Positions 29,132-40,156 are shown, counted from the first letter of the stretch. The stretch: 64,000 nucleotides of DNA from an uncultured Verrucomicrobiae bacterium (GCA_963736745.1 CAVTQD010000029.1:66931-130930); one strand, 5' to 3'. The notes: generated from the letters alone by a model not told the origin. Made by a program: numbers and translations.

Positions 29132-30940
29132 TCACGGTGCCCGGCTCGGAAGTCGCGAAATATCTGTGAACCGAGATTCGAGGTCAAGGATTTCTTTAAG
29201 TTCCTCGTTTGCATGTTGCTGTACAGTCAGATCGTCCCCGGCAAGCCGAAGCACAGTTACAATCTGCCGCTTTCTGCGCTGAAGCTCGGCGGCGGCCAAT
29301 TGCGTCCAGTACAAATGGCCCATTTGTTCGTTCAACTCTTTGTTAGCAAGGAGAAGAGATAAGACCGCAGCGTCCGATTTTGGTATCGAACCGAAAAAAG
29401 CAGCGATACTGGCGGGTTCTCCCGGCTCGAGGGCCGATTCAAATATTCTCGAGATTAATTCGGTACCATCGACATGTTGCAAGATGGACCTCCAAGGCTG
29501 TTGCCGAATTTCCCTTAAGAGATCGGGAACAACGAGAGCGGCTTTGCAGATGACAGCCAAATCATGCCGCGGCATTGACAACCGGGAGGTTAAAACATCT
29601 TCTTCAGAAGTTTTTCCTTGAGTTTCCCTAGCCGATGAACGGACCATTTGCTGCAATGTTTCCCGTGGAATCGTGAGGCGAAAAGCCAGCCTGCTGATTA
29701 ACGTGTCTCGCAGGACGGGATCGGGCACAACACTAATAAATTGAGACATTTTCCGCGCGAATGCAACTCTGCCGGCAGTTGTTTTCGATTCCGCTGTGCT
29801 CAATTTGCGATTGATTTGGAAATCAAAAAATTCTTCGGCCGATTCCACCCGGGCACGGAACGCGTCGCTACCCGATTTGCGGATCAGCGAGTCTGGATCC
29901 TCTCCCGGGGGCATTTCGCCGATTTTCACCTGGAGCCCTGCGCCGAAAAGGACTTCAAGTGCGCGCTCGGCTGCTTTCTGACCGGCCACGTCAGCGTCAA
30001 AGAACAAGATTACTTCGTCCGCGAAACGATGAAGCAGGGCGGCATGCCGGGCGGTTAAGGCGGTGCCCTGCGGAGCGACCACGTTTTGGATGCCAGCTTC
30101 GAAGGTGGTGATGAGATCGAGTTGACCCTCCAGAACGATCGCCTGCCGCGCGTTCGCGATGTATCGCTTTGACTGATGAAGTCCAAACAAAAGGTTTCCT
30201 TTTGAAAAGAGCGGCGTCTCCGGTGAATTGACATACTTGCCACCCGGTGCCTTCGGATCGAGGATCCGCCCACTGAAGGCAACAGCTTCGCCAAAGTCGT
30301 TGTGGATCGGGAACATTAACCGATCCCGAAATCGATCATAGATGCGAGAGCCCGGATTTCCTTCCTCGCGCAGCTTTACCAGCCCGCTCTCGATGAGTTC
30401 CTCTTTGACGAACCCCGCGGCGGTTGCCCAGTGAACCAGTGAATCCCAGGTATTAGGCGCGTAACCGATCTGCCAACGCCTGGCTGTCTCAATGTTGATG
30501 CCCCGGCTCTTGAGATAAGACCGCGCATGCGCCGCTGCCTTGGTGCGAAGCAAATTGCTGTGGAACCAGGCGGTGGCCTCGAAGTGGAGTCGAAGTAAAC
30601 GTTTACGCAGACTCTGTCGGTTTTCTTCCTCGGCGCTGAGTTCATCTTCGATAATTGCGATTCCAGCTCGCGATGCCAGACGACGCACAGCCTCCGGAAA
30701 ATCGATATTCTCGTACTGCATCAGAAACTGGAATACAGCTCCTCCGGCACCGCAACCGTGGCAATAGTACGATTGCTTGGACGGACTCACAAAGAAAGAC
30801 GGCGTTTTCTCCTGATGAAACGGACAGATTGCCCGAAACTCTGTTCCGGCCCGTTTGAGGGGGAAGTAGCTTCCGATCACCGCCACGATGTCCGAGGCGG
30901 CAGCGACCTGTTCAACGGTTTCCTGAGCGATACGAGGCAT
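29132..30940 (-). CDS. dnaG: DNA primase
   Basis: CPFH-EKTPSF-CHGC zinc ribbon, DRFRDRLMFPI, KYVNSPET, TOPRIM EG and FDAD. Confidence 0.97.
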   Translation of the reverse strand: MPRIAQETVEQVAAASDIVAVIGSYFPLKRAGTEFRAICPFHQEKTPSFFVSPSKQSYYCHGCGAGGAVFQFLMQYENIDFPEAVRRLASRAGIAIIEDELSAEEENRQSLRKRLLRLHFEATAWFHSNLLRTKAAAHARSYLKSRGINIETARRWQIGYAPNTWDSLVHWATAAGFVKEELIESGLVKLREEGNPGSRIYDRFRDRLMFPIHNDFGEAVAFSGRILDPKAPGGKYVNSPETPLFSKGNLLFGLHQSKRYIANARQAIVLEGQLDLITTFEAGIQNVVAPQGTALTARHAALLHRFADEVILFFDADVAGQKAAERALEVLFGAGLQVKIGEMPPGEDPDSLIRKSGSDAFRARVESAEEFFDFQINRKLSTAESKTTAGRVAFARKMSQFISVVPDPVLRDTLISRLAFRLTIPRETLQQMVRSSARETQGKTSEEDVLTSRLSMPRHDLAVICKAALVVPDLLREIRQQPWRSILQHVDGTELISRIFESALEPGEPASIAAFFGSIPKSDAAVLSLLLANKELNEQMGHLYWTQLAAAELQRRKRQIVTVLRLAGDDLTVQQHANEELKEILDLESRFTDISRLPSRAP

Positions 30941-30946
30941 AGGGCT

Positions 30947-31047
30947 TCAGAATTCAGGAGTCAGGATAGTGAAGGATCGATTTCCCAGCCATAGGCGTTT
31001 GTCTCCTGATGTTTTACCTCCTGGCTCCTGAATTCTGACTCCTGAAT
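30947..31047. repeat. Inverted pair of heptamer (CAGRAKT-type) tandem runs
   Basis: TCAGAATTCAGGAGTCAGGA (30947-30966) versus CTCCTGGCTCCTGAATTCTGACTCCTGAA starting at 31018. Confidence 0.75.
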
Positions 31048-31056
31048 AACCATTTC

Positions 31057-31257
31057 TCAGCCGCCGCCAACCATGCGTACGATCTCGATGGCGTCAGCCT
31101 CGCCGAGTTTTGTTTCTGGAAAGTCTGCGCGTTGTACAGCATGGCCATTGAGTTCGACCAGAACCAGTTTTTCTGCAAGTTGCAGTGAAGCCAGAAGCTC
31201 CGAGAGAGTCGACCCGTTTTCCAGATCGCGCACTTGTCCATTCAGCGTCAGCTTCAT
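31057..31257 (-). CDS. thiS: Sulfur carrier protein ThiS
   Basis: MKLTLNG, VELNG, IEIVRMVGGG C-terminus. Confidence 0.95.
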   Translation of the reverse strand: MKLTLNGQVRDLENGSTLSELLASLQLAEKLVLVELNGHAVQRADFPETKLGEADAIEIVRMVGGG

Positions 31258-32369
31258 AAAGAAAGAATCGCCGAATCCCAATCCTTCCAGACGGGCTCCA
31301 GACCGTTGACGCGAAGCGCTGCTGCGACCTCCTCAGGAGATCGGGTATCCTCCACTTCGAATTGGCCATCTGCCTTCGAACTCCCACAAGCAGTTTGGGT
31401 AACCCGTCCTTTGACCGTCAAATGCAGCGCATGCGTACCCTGTCCGGTATAACCACCCGGCTCGGTCCGGCTTCCGGCGCTCATCATCGTGACACCAATA
31501 GGCATCAGGGCATCTCTGAAATCCGAGGATTCGCGCGTGCTCAAGACGATGCCCAACTGCGGAAATGTAATCCTAAGCGCGCACAACACTTGGATGAGAT
31601 CCCGATCCGAAAAGCAATATCGAGGACGAAATCCGCCAGGCTGCCGGCCGCAGCCGGGGCAGACTGACAGTCAAATGCGAGCGCCAGCATTTTTTGAGGA
31701 GGTACTCGACATGTTCAGCCAGGGCGATCGCGTCGGATCGCCATTCCGCTAGCCCAAATAGCGGAGCGATCCCGATGCGCCGGAAACCAGCCGCATACGC
31801 GCGTTCCGGAGTTTCCAATCGCCAATCGAAATCCCGCTTTGGTCCGGAAGTGTGAACTGCGGCGTAGGCTGCGCGGTCATACGTTTCCTGGTAGACGACC
31901 AGGCCCTCGGCACCAGCCGAAACCAGTGGTCGGTAATCTCGGTCTCCATGGGCGCAACTTCGATCGAGACGGAGGGGACAAATGAAACCACTCTGGTGAC
32001 AACATCGAAGAGATAGTCATTCGAGACGAACTTTGGATGTTCGCCGGAAACCAGCAGAATATTGCGGAAGCCCTGGCGAACCAGGTATCTAGCTTCCGTT
32101 TCCACTTCGTCCGTGGAAAGAGTCACTCGCATGATCGGATTATCCCGTGAAAATCCACAATACTGGCAGTTGTTAATGCACTCGCTCGATAGATAGAGCG
32201 GAGCGAACAGGCGCATTGTTCGTCCGAATAGCCGACGTGTGAGTGCCTGTGATTGGCTGGCCAATCGCGCCAATTTCGCGTCCTGCATCGGCTCCAGTAA
32301 CGCAACAAACTGATTTATCGTTCGACTCCTGGGGCGATCCGATGAGCGAAATAGACGGGCAAACGTCAT
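31254..32369 (-). CDS. thiH: 2-iminoacetate synthase ThiH (radical SAM), frameshifted
   Basis: FAPLYLSSECINNCQYCGF, SLPRLRP, LSTRES, SAGSRTEPGGY, PVWKDWD. Confidence 0.92.
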
Positions 32370-32396
32370 TTCCGGGAAGGGATTCTTAGAAGAAAG

Positions 32397-32543
32397 TTAA
32401 ACCACAAATATCATGACCGAAGGCAGGAAGTTTAGCGTTATCCGACGCAAGAGTTCATCCGGAACCATATTGTAGATAACGGAGACTGTCTGCACTTCGC
32501 TTCTAATTTGTGAAGTCTGCGGTTTCAAATTCGGATTCGGGTT
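32397..32543 (-). repeat. Dispersed ~150-bp intergenic element, copy B
   Basis: Reverse strand CCGAATTTGAAACCGCAGA-GAAGTGCAGA-GTTCCGGAT-CGGATAACGCTAA-ATTTGTGGTTT. Confidence 0.72.
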
Positions 32544-32554
32544 GGAAGCACACG

Positions 32555-35131
32555 CTACCCTGCGTTCGAGACCTTCATGGTGTAATTTGGGAATCGGGTC
32601 TTAAGTTCCGAAAGAGTCTTTGTCGCTTGAGGTTCGTTCCCGGCCTTTTGAAATGCTTCGTACGCGTGTTCCAAAGCTCGCGGGGTGACTTCCGGATCCT
32701 CGTACAAGAGGGCTACGCTCATGTAAGAACGCGCCGCATTTTCGTAATTGCCCCGTGCAGACTCGATGTCCCCGATTAGCATTCTTGCCTCGGCATTGAG
32801 TCGGCCTTCCGGTTGAAGCGACAACGCTTCCTCCGCCGACTTGGTTGCCGCATCCAGATCTTTGGCTCCGAGTTGGGCACTGCTCAACACAAGGAACCCC
32901 TGCGCGCGATCACCCGGATCGGTTGCCTGTTCAAGGTAGTGATTAACGGCACCGTTTGCATCCTGATACTCCTTCAGGTCGTTGAGCGATTTGGCATAGT
33001 TCAGCCAGAGGCCTTTATCGACCTTGGCCGGCTCCATGTTCTTGGTCATTAGCCCGAAGTATTTTGCCGCTTGTTCGAAGTTGTTGTCGTTGTAAAACTC
33101 GGAACCGAGCCATCGACAGACATCCAGGACCATCGAGATTCGCTGAGGATCTTTCTGGATAAATCCGTCGACCTCTTTCGCGGCCTCCGATTTCCTGTGC
33201 AGATTCTGGTAACACAAAATCAGACGGAGAGTGGTCTTTTCCGCGAATTCGTCGGGATTCAGTTCCCGCGCCTTGGATAGCGGAGTGATCGCGTCCTCGT
33301 AATGCTTGGCTTCAAAAGCTGCCCAGCCGATCCAGTAGTTGGCCTGAGCCGCTCCGGTACCGCTCGGATAGTCCTTCAGCAACTGGCGGAATGTGGCTGT
33401 CATCTTCTGATAATCCGCCTGTTGGCCCAAAGTTAACCCCCTTTGAAGGAGCGCGGCTTCTGTTTCCGCCGATGCCGGATAGTCAGCGATGATCTTGTTA
33501 AAATCGTTCACGGCGGCCGGGAGATTCTTTGCCTCCTGGAACAGCAAGGCTCTCTTCAACAAAGCTTTTGAAGTCATCCGATGCTTTGGATATTTATCGA
33601 TCAAACCGGTAAACGCGTGGATTGCAGACGGGTTATCGTTCAGTTGGAGGAATGAAAATCCGGCGGCGTAATAACAATCCGCCTTGTAAGGATCGGCGAG
33701 CGACGAATTGGTGAGCTCGAGGTAAAGTCTTGCTGCCGGTTCGAATCGCCTTTGTTGAAACAGCGTTTGAGCTTTCAGAAGTTTGGCCTTGTCGGCTCGG
33801 TCTCGGTTCGGCCCTGTGGCGAGATAGGAATCGACCTCCGTGACCAGAGACGGATCCTTGATCGCGTCGAGAGAAACCAGTCGTTGATAGCGCGCGTCGT
33901 AAGCTTCAGGAGTGTTCGAATAGATGTGGATCAGCTGATTGTAGAGCTCGAGTGCCTTCTGCTGTTTTCCCAACTGGCGGTAAGAGTTTGCGACCAAAAG
34001 CATCACGCTTGGTCTCGTCTCGTCACCCAGGGTATTTGTGCTTTTCGCGTATGAATCGAGAACTTGCGAGAATTTGTCTCCTTCATACTGCAGCTTCATC
34101 TGTTCCAGCTCCGCGATCTGCTTCCATTTGCCCTCTGCGTTCAATGCTATCGCGGCCTTGAAGAGTTGGTCGGCTTTGTCCTTTTGCTTGAGATCGGCCG
34201 CTAAAATTCCTGCGCGCGTCAGAGCCTCGGCCCTGACTGCCGGTTTGGCAGCATCTGTTCCGAGGAGATTGAAGAGGTCGAATGCCTGCTGTTTCTGACT
34301 ATTCTCGAGTGCGAAGTACGCCAAGGACAATCGCGCTGCATCGCGATACGGATTCTTGCCCGCATATTTCGCGACGTCTGCGTATGCGATACTCGCGTCC
34401 GCCTTTTTGCCGGTCAATTCCAGGCATTTGGCTTGATAATATCTTGCGGTCAGTTTGATCTCAGGTGATTTCGCATTGATGTATGCCTTTTCGTACAATG
34501 GAGATGCTTCCTGAAAGTTCTTCTTGTCGAACTCTCGCGAACCTAGCCGGAACGCCGCGCTGCCGACAAATTCGCCTGTCCCAACTTCGTCGACTAGCAA
34601 GCGATACGTATTGAGCGCGGGCTGTTCCTGGCCAAGATTCGCATAACAATCTGCCAAACGATACATGGCGGACGGCCGACCAGAATCAGAGGGGAATTGG
34701 CCGAGGTACTTCTCGTATTCCGGCACCGCCAGATCGAACAGCTTTCGGATGTAGAGCCCGTCTGCAATCGCAAGTGCAGCTTTAGCCGGGTCGGCGTTCT
34801 GCGAATCCGGTCCCTGACCCGGCGTCAACCGGATCTCGTCCTGGTCCGCTTCATCTCTGGTTTTTGGATCGGGCTCGGCGGGGCTGCCGGAAGAGGCCTT
34901 TGCGTCCTTGGGACTATCGGCGGGGTGACGAGGTTCCGCAGTCTGCCCCGAGGGCATATTCTCGTCCAGGATGGACTGCTGCCCCGTGAATTGGTCCGGA
35001 AAAACCGGCAGTGCGCGCGGAGCCGGCCCAGGTGTCGGCGCTACCGGGAGCGCGCGACGAACTTCCTGGCTCTGCAGGTTCGATACAAAACAGATGCTGC
35101 AGATAAGTATTTGCCAGGGAAGCAATCTCAT
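32555..35131 (-). CDS. Large exported TPR protein (CpoB/BamD-like repeats)
   Basis: Signal peptide, Pro-rich linker, many TPRs with YP motifs (IDKYP, IADYP, LKDYP, KTRFP). Confidence 0.8.
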   Translation of the reverse strand: MRLLPWQILICSICFVSNLQSQEVRRALPVAPTPGPAPRALPVFPDQFTGQQSILDENMPSGQTAEPRHPADSPKDAKASSGSPAEPDPKTRDEADQDEIRLTPGQGPDSQNADPAKAALAIADGLYIRKLFDLAVPEYEKYLGQFPSDSGRPSAMYRLADCYANLGQEQPALNTYRLLVDEVGTGEFVGSAAFRLGSREFDKKNFQEASPLYEKAYINAKSPEIKLTARYYQAKCLELTGKKADASIAYADVAKYAGKNPYRDAARLSLAYFALENSQKQQAFDLFNLLGTDAAKPAVRAEALTRAGILAADLKQKDKADQLFKAAIALNAEGKWKQIAELEQMKLQYEGDKFSQVLDSYAKSTNTLGDETRPSVMLLVANSYRQLGKQQKALELYNQLIHIYSNTPEAYDARYQRLVSLDAIKDPSLVTEVDSYLATGPNRDRADKAKLLKAQTLFQQRRFEPAARLYLELTNSSLADPYKADCYYAAGFSFLQLNDNPSAIHAFTGLIDKYPKHRMTSKALLKRALLFQEAKNLPAAVNDFNKIIADYPASAETEAALLQRGLTLGQQADYQKMTATFRQLLKDYPSGTGAAQANYWIGWAAFEAKHYEDAITPLSKARELNPDEFAEKTTLRLILCYQNLHRKSEAAKEVDGFIQKDPQRISMVLDVCRWLGSEFYNDNNFEQAAKYFGLMTKNMEPAKVDKGLWLNYAKSLNDLKEYQDANGAVNHYLEQATDPGDRAQGFLVLSSAQLGAKDLDAATKSAEEALSLQPEGRLNAEARMLIGDIESARGNYENAARSYMSVALLYEDPEVTPRALEHAYEAFQKAGNEPQATKTLSELKTRFPNYTMKVSNAG

Positions 35132-35544
35132 CGGTCAGATTTACCCGTTGCAAATGCAACGTTCCAGATATCTGCTTGCCGGCAAATATCAAGCACATCG
35201 ACAATATGCTTGTAGTCGACGGCTTGATCGCCCCGCACAATGACAGCCTGGTCTGGGTAAAGTTGGGAGAGCTTTTTGAGCAAGTTCAAAAGTTCCTGCG
35301 GACTCTTTTGCTGGCGATTTACGATTACTGTTCCATTGGCCGCGATGTTGACCACTACTTGACCAACGTAGGGCTGCGCTTCATTCGCTTTGGTGGCAGT
35401 CGGCACTCGGACGTCCAGTTCATTCTCGTTCAGAGCAAAATTCCAGGTGACAATAAAAAACACCAGAACGACCAGAAGAATATCGACCATCGGCGCGATC
35501 AAAAACCCCAAGATCCTGGGTTCCGCGTGTTTACGAAAATTCAT
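35128..35544 (-). CDS. exbD: Biopolymer transport protein ExbD/TolR
   Basis: IAPMVDILLVVLVFFIV, VIVRGDQ. Confidence 0.9.
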   Translation of the reverse strand: MNFRKHAEPRILGFLIAPMVDILLVVLVFFIVTWNFALNENELDVRVPTATKANEAQPYVGQVVVNIAANGTVIVNRQQKSPQELLNLLKKLSQLYPDQAVIVRGDQAVDYKHIVDVLDICRQADIWNVAFATGKSDR

Positions 35545-35553
35545 TGGATTAGG

Positions 35554-36306
35554 TTAGATCTCGTCGCTATCTAGCACCCTCGACCGCTCTGGCCGGCGGA
35601 TTGGGTTCTGGGACGTAATGATGTTCACTATATGGGCTGTGGCCGATTCCAAATCTGAAATCATGGAGGCAACTTTACCTCGAAAGATGGCATAAAACGC
35701 CATCGCTATGATTCCAATAACCAAGCCTGAAGCGGTTGCAACCAGGGCTTCCGATACGCCACGGGCGAGCAGCATCGGACGGGGCTGGGTGGTATTACTG
35801 GCGAGGACCCCAAAAGAACTAATAATCCCAATAACGGTTCCAAGCAGTCCGAGCATCGGGGAAAGCGTCGCGATATCGGCCAGATACACGATTCGATTGC
35901 TTAGACTGCTGGCGACCCGGGAGCCTTCCGTCTCAGCTACTTCACGAATGGCCTGGGGTAACGCCGTCGGATTTTTCGTAGCAAAGTCCAACGTCCGTGC
36001 TGTAATCCGTGCCACAGCTTCCGAATGACGATTGGAAACCGCAATCAATCCGAGGTAGTCGCGCTTTCGCAGGAGCGCCTCGGCCGTTTCCATATATCGG
36101 CGCGTCACCACTGTTCTGCGTCGCAAGCTGAACAAACAGGCAAATATCAGGGAGAGCGTGATCACTGAGGTCAAAATCAAGGGCAACATGACCCAGCCCC
36201 CTGATTTCAATAGCTGCAGCAACGTCGCCTGCGCGGAGCCAGGTGACGGTGTTGACTCAACCGCCTGTGCCAGCAGCGGGACGATGACGAGAACAAACCA
36301 ATTCAT
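35554..36306 (-). CDS. exbB: MotA/TolQ/ExbB proton channel protein
   Basis: SPMLGLLGTVIGII, GVSEALVATASGL. Confidence 0.9.
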   Translation of the reverse strand: MNWFVLVIVPLLAQAVESTPSPGSAQATLLQLLKSGGWVMLPLILTSVITLSLIFACLFSLRRRTVVTRRYMETAEALLRKRDYLGLIAVSNRHSEAVARITARTLDFATKNPTALPQAIREVAETEGSRVASSLSNRIVYLADIATLSPMLGLLGTVIGIISSFGVLASNTTQPRPMLLARGVSEALVATASGLVIGIIAMAFYAIFRGKVASMISDLESATAHIVNIITSQNPIRRPERSRVLDSDEI

Positions 36307-36511
36307 TCCTATTAGCTCCCTATTTAAATGCACCTGGTGGCGAAGTGCAAACTCGTTCCATTCACCTGGAGATGCCGCACGTTGCGAATGTATCCGTCTT
36401 TTTTGTTATTACGGCATCATGGGCGCTTCACTTAAATGCAATACGACGTAAGAAGAAGCTCTCCCGGATATCCGCTGGAGCTTTCGCAAACACGAGCGTA
36501 CCGTTGCCCGC

Positions 36512-38080
36512 ATGGAGGGGCTCTTCCTCGCAGATAAGCCGGACCCGAACAAGAAATTACGCGAAATTCCGCATAAGCCAGGCGTCTACCTGATGAAGGA
36601 TCGCCTCAAACGCGTCATCTACGTTGGCAAGGCGCGGGATCTGCGAAAACGGCTCGCCCAGTATTTTATGCCGTCGCGTCGGATGACCGCAGATCTGAAG
36701 ACGCGCGCCTTGCTCGACAGCATATGGGATTTCGAAGTGCATTTAGTTCGAAGCGAGCCGGAGGCTCTTCTTCTTGAAGGCAAGCTCATCAAAGAATTTC
36801 GTCCGAAGTACAACGTCTCTTTCCGCGACGATAAGCGCTTTCTGTTGGTGAAGGTGAATCTCTCCGATCCAATTCCTCGTTTTCAGTTGGCTCGCTTGAA
36901 GAAGGAGGACGGATACAGATATTTCGGACCGTTTGCGCATGCCGGAGCGTTGCGCACCACGTTGAAGTGGATGAAGAAACGGTTCGGTATCCGGTCCTGC
37001 CGGGTATTTGAGCCAGGGGAAACCGATTACAAGCGGTGTATGGATCACATCATTAGAAACTGCTCTGCACCCTGCATCCGTCGCGTGACTCTCGATGCCT
37101 ACAAAGCGCGTGTTCTCGAAGCATGCGAATTTCTTGAGGGCCAGAGTCAGGAGATGCTGAAACAGATCGAGGAGCAGATGAAGAAGGCCGCCGAAAACCT
37201 GGAATTTGAAAAGGCTGCGGAGATGCGAAACATGCTGGATGATTTGCGTCGCACCACGAGGCCGGCTCGACGCTTTACGCGCGGCTCCCTGCCGACATCG
37301 ATTGATCCGATGGGAGATCTGCAGGCCTTAGCCGATGCGCTTCTCCTGCCGGGGCCGCCGACCGTTATGGAGTGTTTCGACATATCCAACATTTCCACCA
37401 CACATATTGTGGCCTCAATGGTCAGCTTTCGTAATGGCGTTCCAGACAAATCCAACTACCGGCGGTATCGCATAAGGACCGTCGAAGGTCAGGATGATTT
37501 TGCGAGCATGGCGGAAGTTGTGAGCCGCCGTTATTCGCGCGTGCTTTTGGAGAACAGGGGTGCGGCGCCAGAATTAGCCGAGTTCAGTCAGGAGACAGTG
37601 GACGAGTCTGTCGCAAGAATCCAGCGCACGATGCCCGAACGACTGGTGCGTTTGCCGGATCTGATCATTGTCGACGGTGGCAAAGGCCAGCTTAATTCCG
37701 CGTGCAAGGAACTTCAGCGTCTGGGTCTTCAGAATATTCCGATCATCGGCTTGGCGAAGGAATTTGAGGAAGTATATCGACCTGGCAGGCCGATGCCGCT
37801 GCAGTTGCCGGATGATTCGGGTGCGTTGCAAGTTCTTCAACGGATTCGCGACGAGGCGCATCGGTTCGCGAATGGATATCATCAACTCCTGATGAAGAAG
37901 CGCATTGCGGAAAGCATTCTGGACGATTGCCCTGGTATCAGTGAGAACCGGAAGCAAGCCTTGCTAAAGCGTTTCGGTTCGGTAGAACGTCTACGGAAGG
38001 CGTCTGTGGCGGAGATCGAGCAGGTGGATGGCATCAGCGCCAGGCTTGCCGAAGTCATTTTTCAGTTTTTGCAGAGATGA
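36512..38080 (+). CDS. uvrC: Excinuclease ABC subunit C
   Basis: PGVYLMKD-YVGKARDL GIY-YIG, UVR domain, ECFDISN, DGGKGQL, RIRDEAHRFA, HhH. Confidence 0.96.
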   Translation: MEGLFLADKPDPNKKLREIPHKPGVYLMKDRLKRVIYVGKARDLRKRLAQYFMPSRRMTADLKTRALLDSIWDFEVHLVRSEPEALLLEGKLIKEFRPKYNVSFRDDKRFLLVKVNLSDPIPRFQLARLKKEDGYRYFGPFAHAGALRTTLKWMKKRFGIRSCRVFEPGETDYKRCMDHIIRNCSAPCIRRVTLDAYKARVLEACEFLEGQSQEMLKQIEEQMKKAAENLEFEKAAEMRNMLDDLRRTTRPARRFTRGSLPTSIDPMGDLQALADALLLPGPPTVMECFDISNISTTHIVASMVSFRNGVPDKSNYRRYRIRTVEGQDDFASMAEVVSRRYSRVLLENRGAAPELAEFSQETVDESVARIQRTMPERLVRLPDLIIVDGGKGQLNSACKELQRLGLQNIPIIGLAKEFEEVYRPGRPMPLQLPDDSGALQVLQRIRDEAHRFANGYHQLLMKKRIAESILDDCPGISENRKQALLKRFGSVERLRKASVAEIEQVDGISARLAEVIFQFLQR

Positions 38081-38215
38081 GGAGCCAGGAGGAGTCGCCC
38101 CGAAGATGACGATCTCGGAATTAAAGCTATACTTTTAGATCAGGATTCTTCTACCTGGACCGAATTGCTCCCGGACTTCTGACTCCCGACTGCTGAATTC
38201 TGGCTTCTGACTTCT
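38081..38215. repeat. Degenerate inverted heptamer pair after uvrC
   Basis: GACTTCTGACTCCCGACTGCTGAATTCTGGCTTCTGACTTCT ending at 38215; weak partner GGAGCCAGGAGGAGTC at 38081. Confidence 0.6.
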
Positions 38216-38284
38216 CGCCGTACCTGCGGTTGCAGAAACTCCTTGCGCGTATTCGGTGCGGGTGTTGAGTTTAGCCTCTTCATC

Positions 38285-40156
38285 ATGTGTAGTCGCTTGA
38301 TATTTGGAATATGTGCCGCGGTGCTGTGTCGGATTTCAAGCGGGTGGTCACAGGAGACGGCTCCGCCAAATCCAACGCATTTGACTCCGAGTTGGGAGAC
38401 GCAGCGTCAGGCCGCAACCTACGCGTTGACCATCCCGGCGCCGAGAGGCCAGATCACGGATAGAAACGGTGTCCCGTTGGCTCAAACTCGAGTCAGCCAC
38501 AATCTGAGCATCGTTTTCCCGACGCCCTTTGATTTTACTGATCGGCAGGTGATCGATTTTGTGAATCGTGCAGTTGTTTCTGCCCATGGATTAACCAGTC
38601 GTCCGATTGGATTTTCGGAAGATGCCGCCGTCCAGCACTACCGGAATCGGGGCGCTATTCCATTCGACATTGCCACTGATCTATCGAATGAAGAAGTGGA
38701 AAAGGCGCAAGGCAGAGTGCCACCTGGGCTGACACTGCGAGCGATTTATGTGCGTACCTACCCGCAAGGATCTCTTGCGGGTCAGGTCGTCGGATATACT
38801 GGTCGCACCAGTCGGGAGAGCACACGAATTCTCCAAAATAACGAGCCGCTCTGGCCAGAGAGCGAGGGCCGAGAGGGCCTCGAACAAACATTCGACGATC
38901 AGCTGCGCGGTAAGCCGGGTCAGATGAATCTTACTTTCGACAAGGACGGAATCAAATCGGGAGAACGAATTGCCGTACCACCGGAGCCGGGATACAACGT
39001 CGTCACCACCCTTGACGTTGATATGCAGCGGCTGGCTGAAAAGATTCTCCAGAAAAGAGCTAAACGAGGTGCCATTGTCGTGATGGATCCGAACACGGGG
39101 GAAGTCCTCGCGCTCGCCTCCTGGCCCACGATCGACCCAAATGATTTCGTTCCCACGATCTCGGAAGAAAAATTCAAAAAGATAACGAGCGATCCGAATA
39201 TTCCGATGCTGCCACGCGCGTATCGCTCCGCGTATCCGCCTGGATCAACGTTCAAGATGTTCGTCGGAGTAGCGGGATTCGAGACGCATGCTCTCAATCC
39301 TACGGACGAATTCGATTGTCCAGCTTCTTTGGAGGTGGGCAACATCGTCTTCAGGAACTGGAAGAAGACGGACTCAGGGGACCTCAACTTTCGACAAGCG
39401 CTTACGCAGTCTTGCAATACCTGGTTTTATCAAGCCGGCCAGAAAATCGGATCGCGCGCGTTGGTGACATGGGCTAAGCGATTTGGATTGGGCGCGCGCA
39501 CCGGAATCCTTTTGAACGGCGAAGCCGATGGTAGAATCCCTACGGATGAGTACATGGAGCAGACCTACCATCGGCATATTCTAGGGGGAGATCTGGCGAA
39601 CCTCTCCATCGGGCAAGGAGACATTCTGATCTCGCCGCTGCAAATGGCCCAGGCCATGGGCGCGCTCGCCAATGGGGGGATTGTTTATCAAGCCAGAATC
39701 GTGCGGCAGGTGCAGACGCTGAACAATGAAGTAGTCTACGTTTACGCTCCGCGGGCCAAGGATGTTCTCAAGCTCGGTCCCGTCACAATGGAGCAACTAC
39801 GTAAAGGAATGATGGAAGTTGTTTCGAGTGGGACAGGCGAGGCCGCGGAACTTAAGAACGTCAAAGTAGCTGGCAAGACCGGAACCGCTCAGTGGGGACC
39901 GAAAAAGAAGGAACGGACCGCTGCCTGGTTCGCCGGATTCGCACCTGCGGACGCTTCTCCCAGATACGCCTTCGCTGCGCTGTACGAAGGTGCTCCCGGC
40001 GAAATGGCGCATGGCGGGACGGTCGCGGCCCCAATGATCGGTGATTTATTGCGGGAGCTTTTCAAAGGAGAACCACCGTCCAAGAAAACTCCGCAAGAGG
40101 ATGATTCTGACGAGATGGATGAGGATTCCTCTCGAGCGCAGGACCAGAGCAATTAG
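38285..40156 (+). CDS. Class B penicillin-binding protein (PBP2/MrdA-like)
   Basis: IPAPRGQITDRNG, GREGLE, PGSTFK, SCN, KTGT. Confidence 0.9.
   Translation: MCSRLIFGICAAVLCRISSGWSQETAPPNPTHLTPSWETQRQAATYALTIPAPRGQITDRNGVPLAQTRVSHNLSIVFPTPFDFTDRQVIDFVNRAVVSAHGLTSRPIGFSEDAAVQHYRNRGAIPFDIATDLSNEEVEKAQGRVPPGLTLRAIYVRTYPQGSLAGQVVGYTGRTSRESTRILQNNEPLWPESEGREGLEQTFDDQLRGKPGQMNLTFDKDGIKSGERIAVPPEPGYNVVTTLDVDMQRLAEKILQKRAKRGAIVVMDPNTGEVLALASWPTIDPNDFVPTISEEKFKKITSDPNIPMLPRAYRSAYPPGSTFKMFVGVAGFETHALNPTDEFDCPASLEVGNIVFRNWKKTDSGDLNFRQALTQSCNTWFYQAGQKIGSRALVTWAKRFGLGARTGILLNGEADGRIPTDEYMEQTYHRHILGGDLANLSIGQGDILISPLQMAQAMGALANGGIVYQARIVRQVQTLNNEVVYVYAPRAKDVLKLGPVTMEQLRKGMMEVVSSGTGEAAELKNVKVAGKTGTAQWGPKKKERTAAWFAGFAPADASPRYAFAALYEGAPGEMAHGGTVAAPMIGDLLRELFKGEPPSKKTPQEDDSDEMDEDSSRAQDQSN

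Noticed and set aside
32397-32543. TPP riboswitch upstream of thiH
   Set aside because: Lacks the CTGAGA and ACCTGA core, and homologous copies sit antisense beside non-thiamine genes; the GGATAATGCCA match in copy A looks coincidental
36340-36512. LexA box upstream of uvrC
   Set aside because: No TGTTC-N4-GAACA seen by eye
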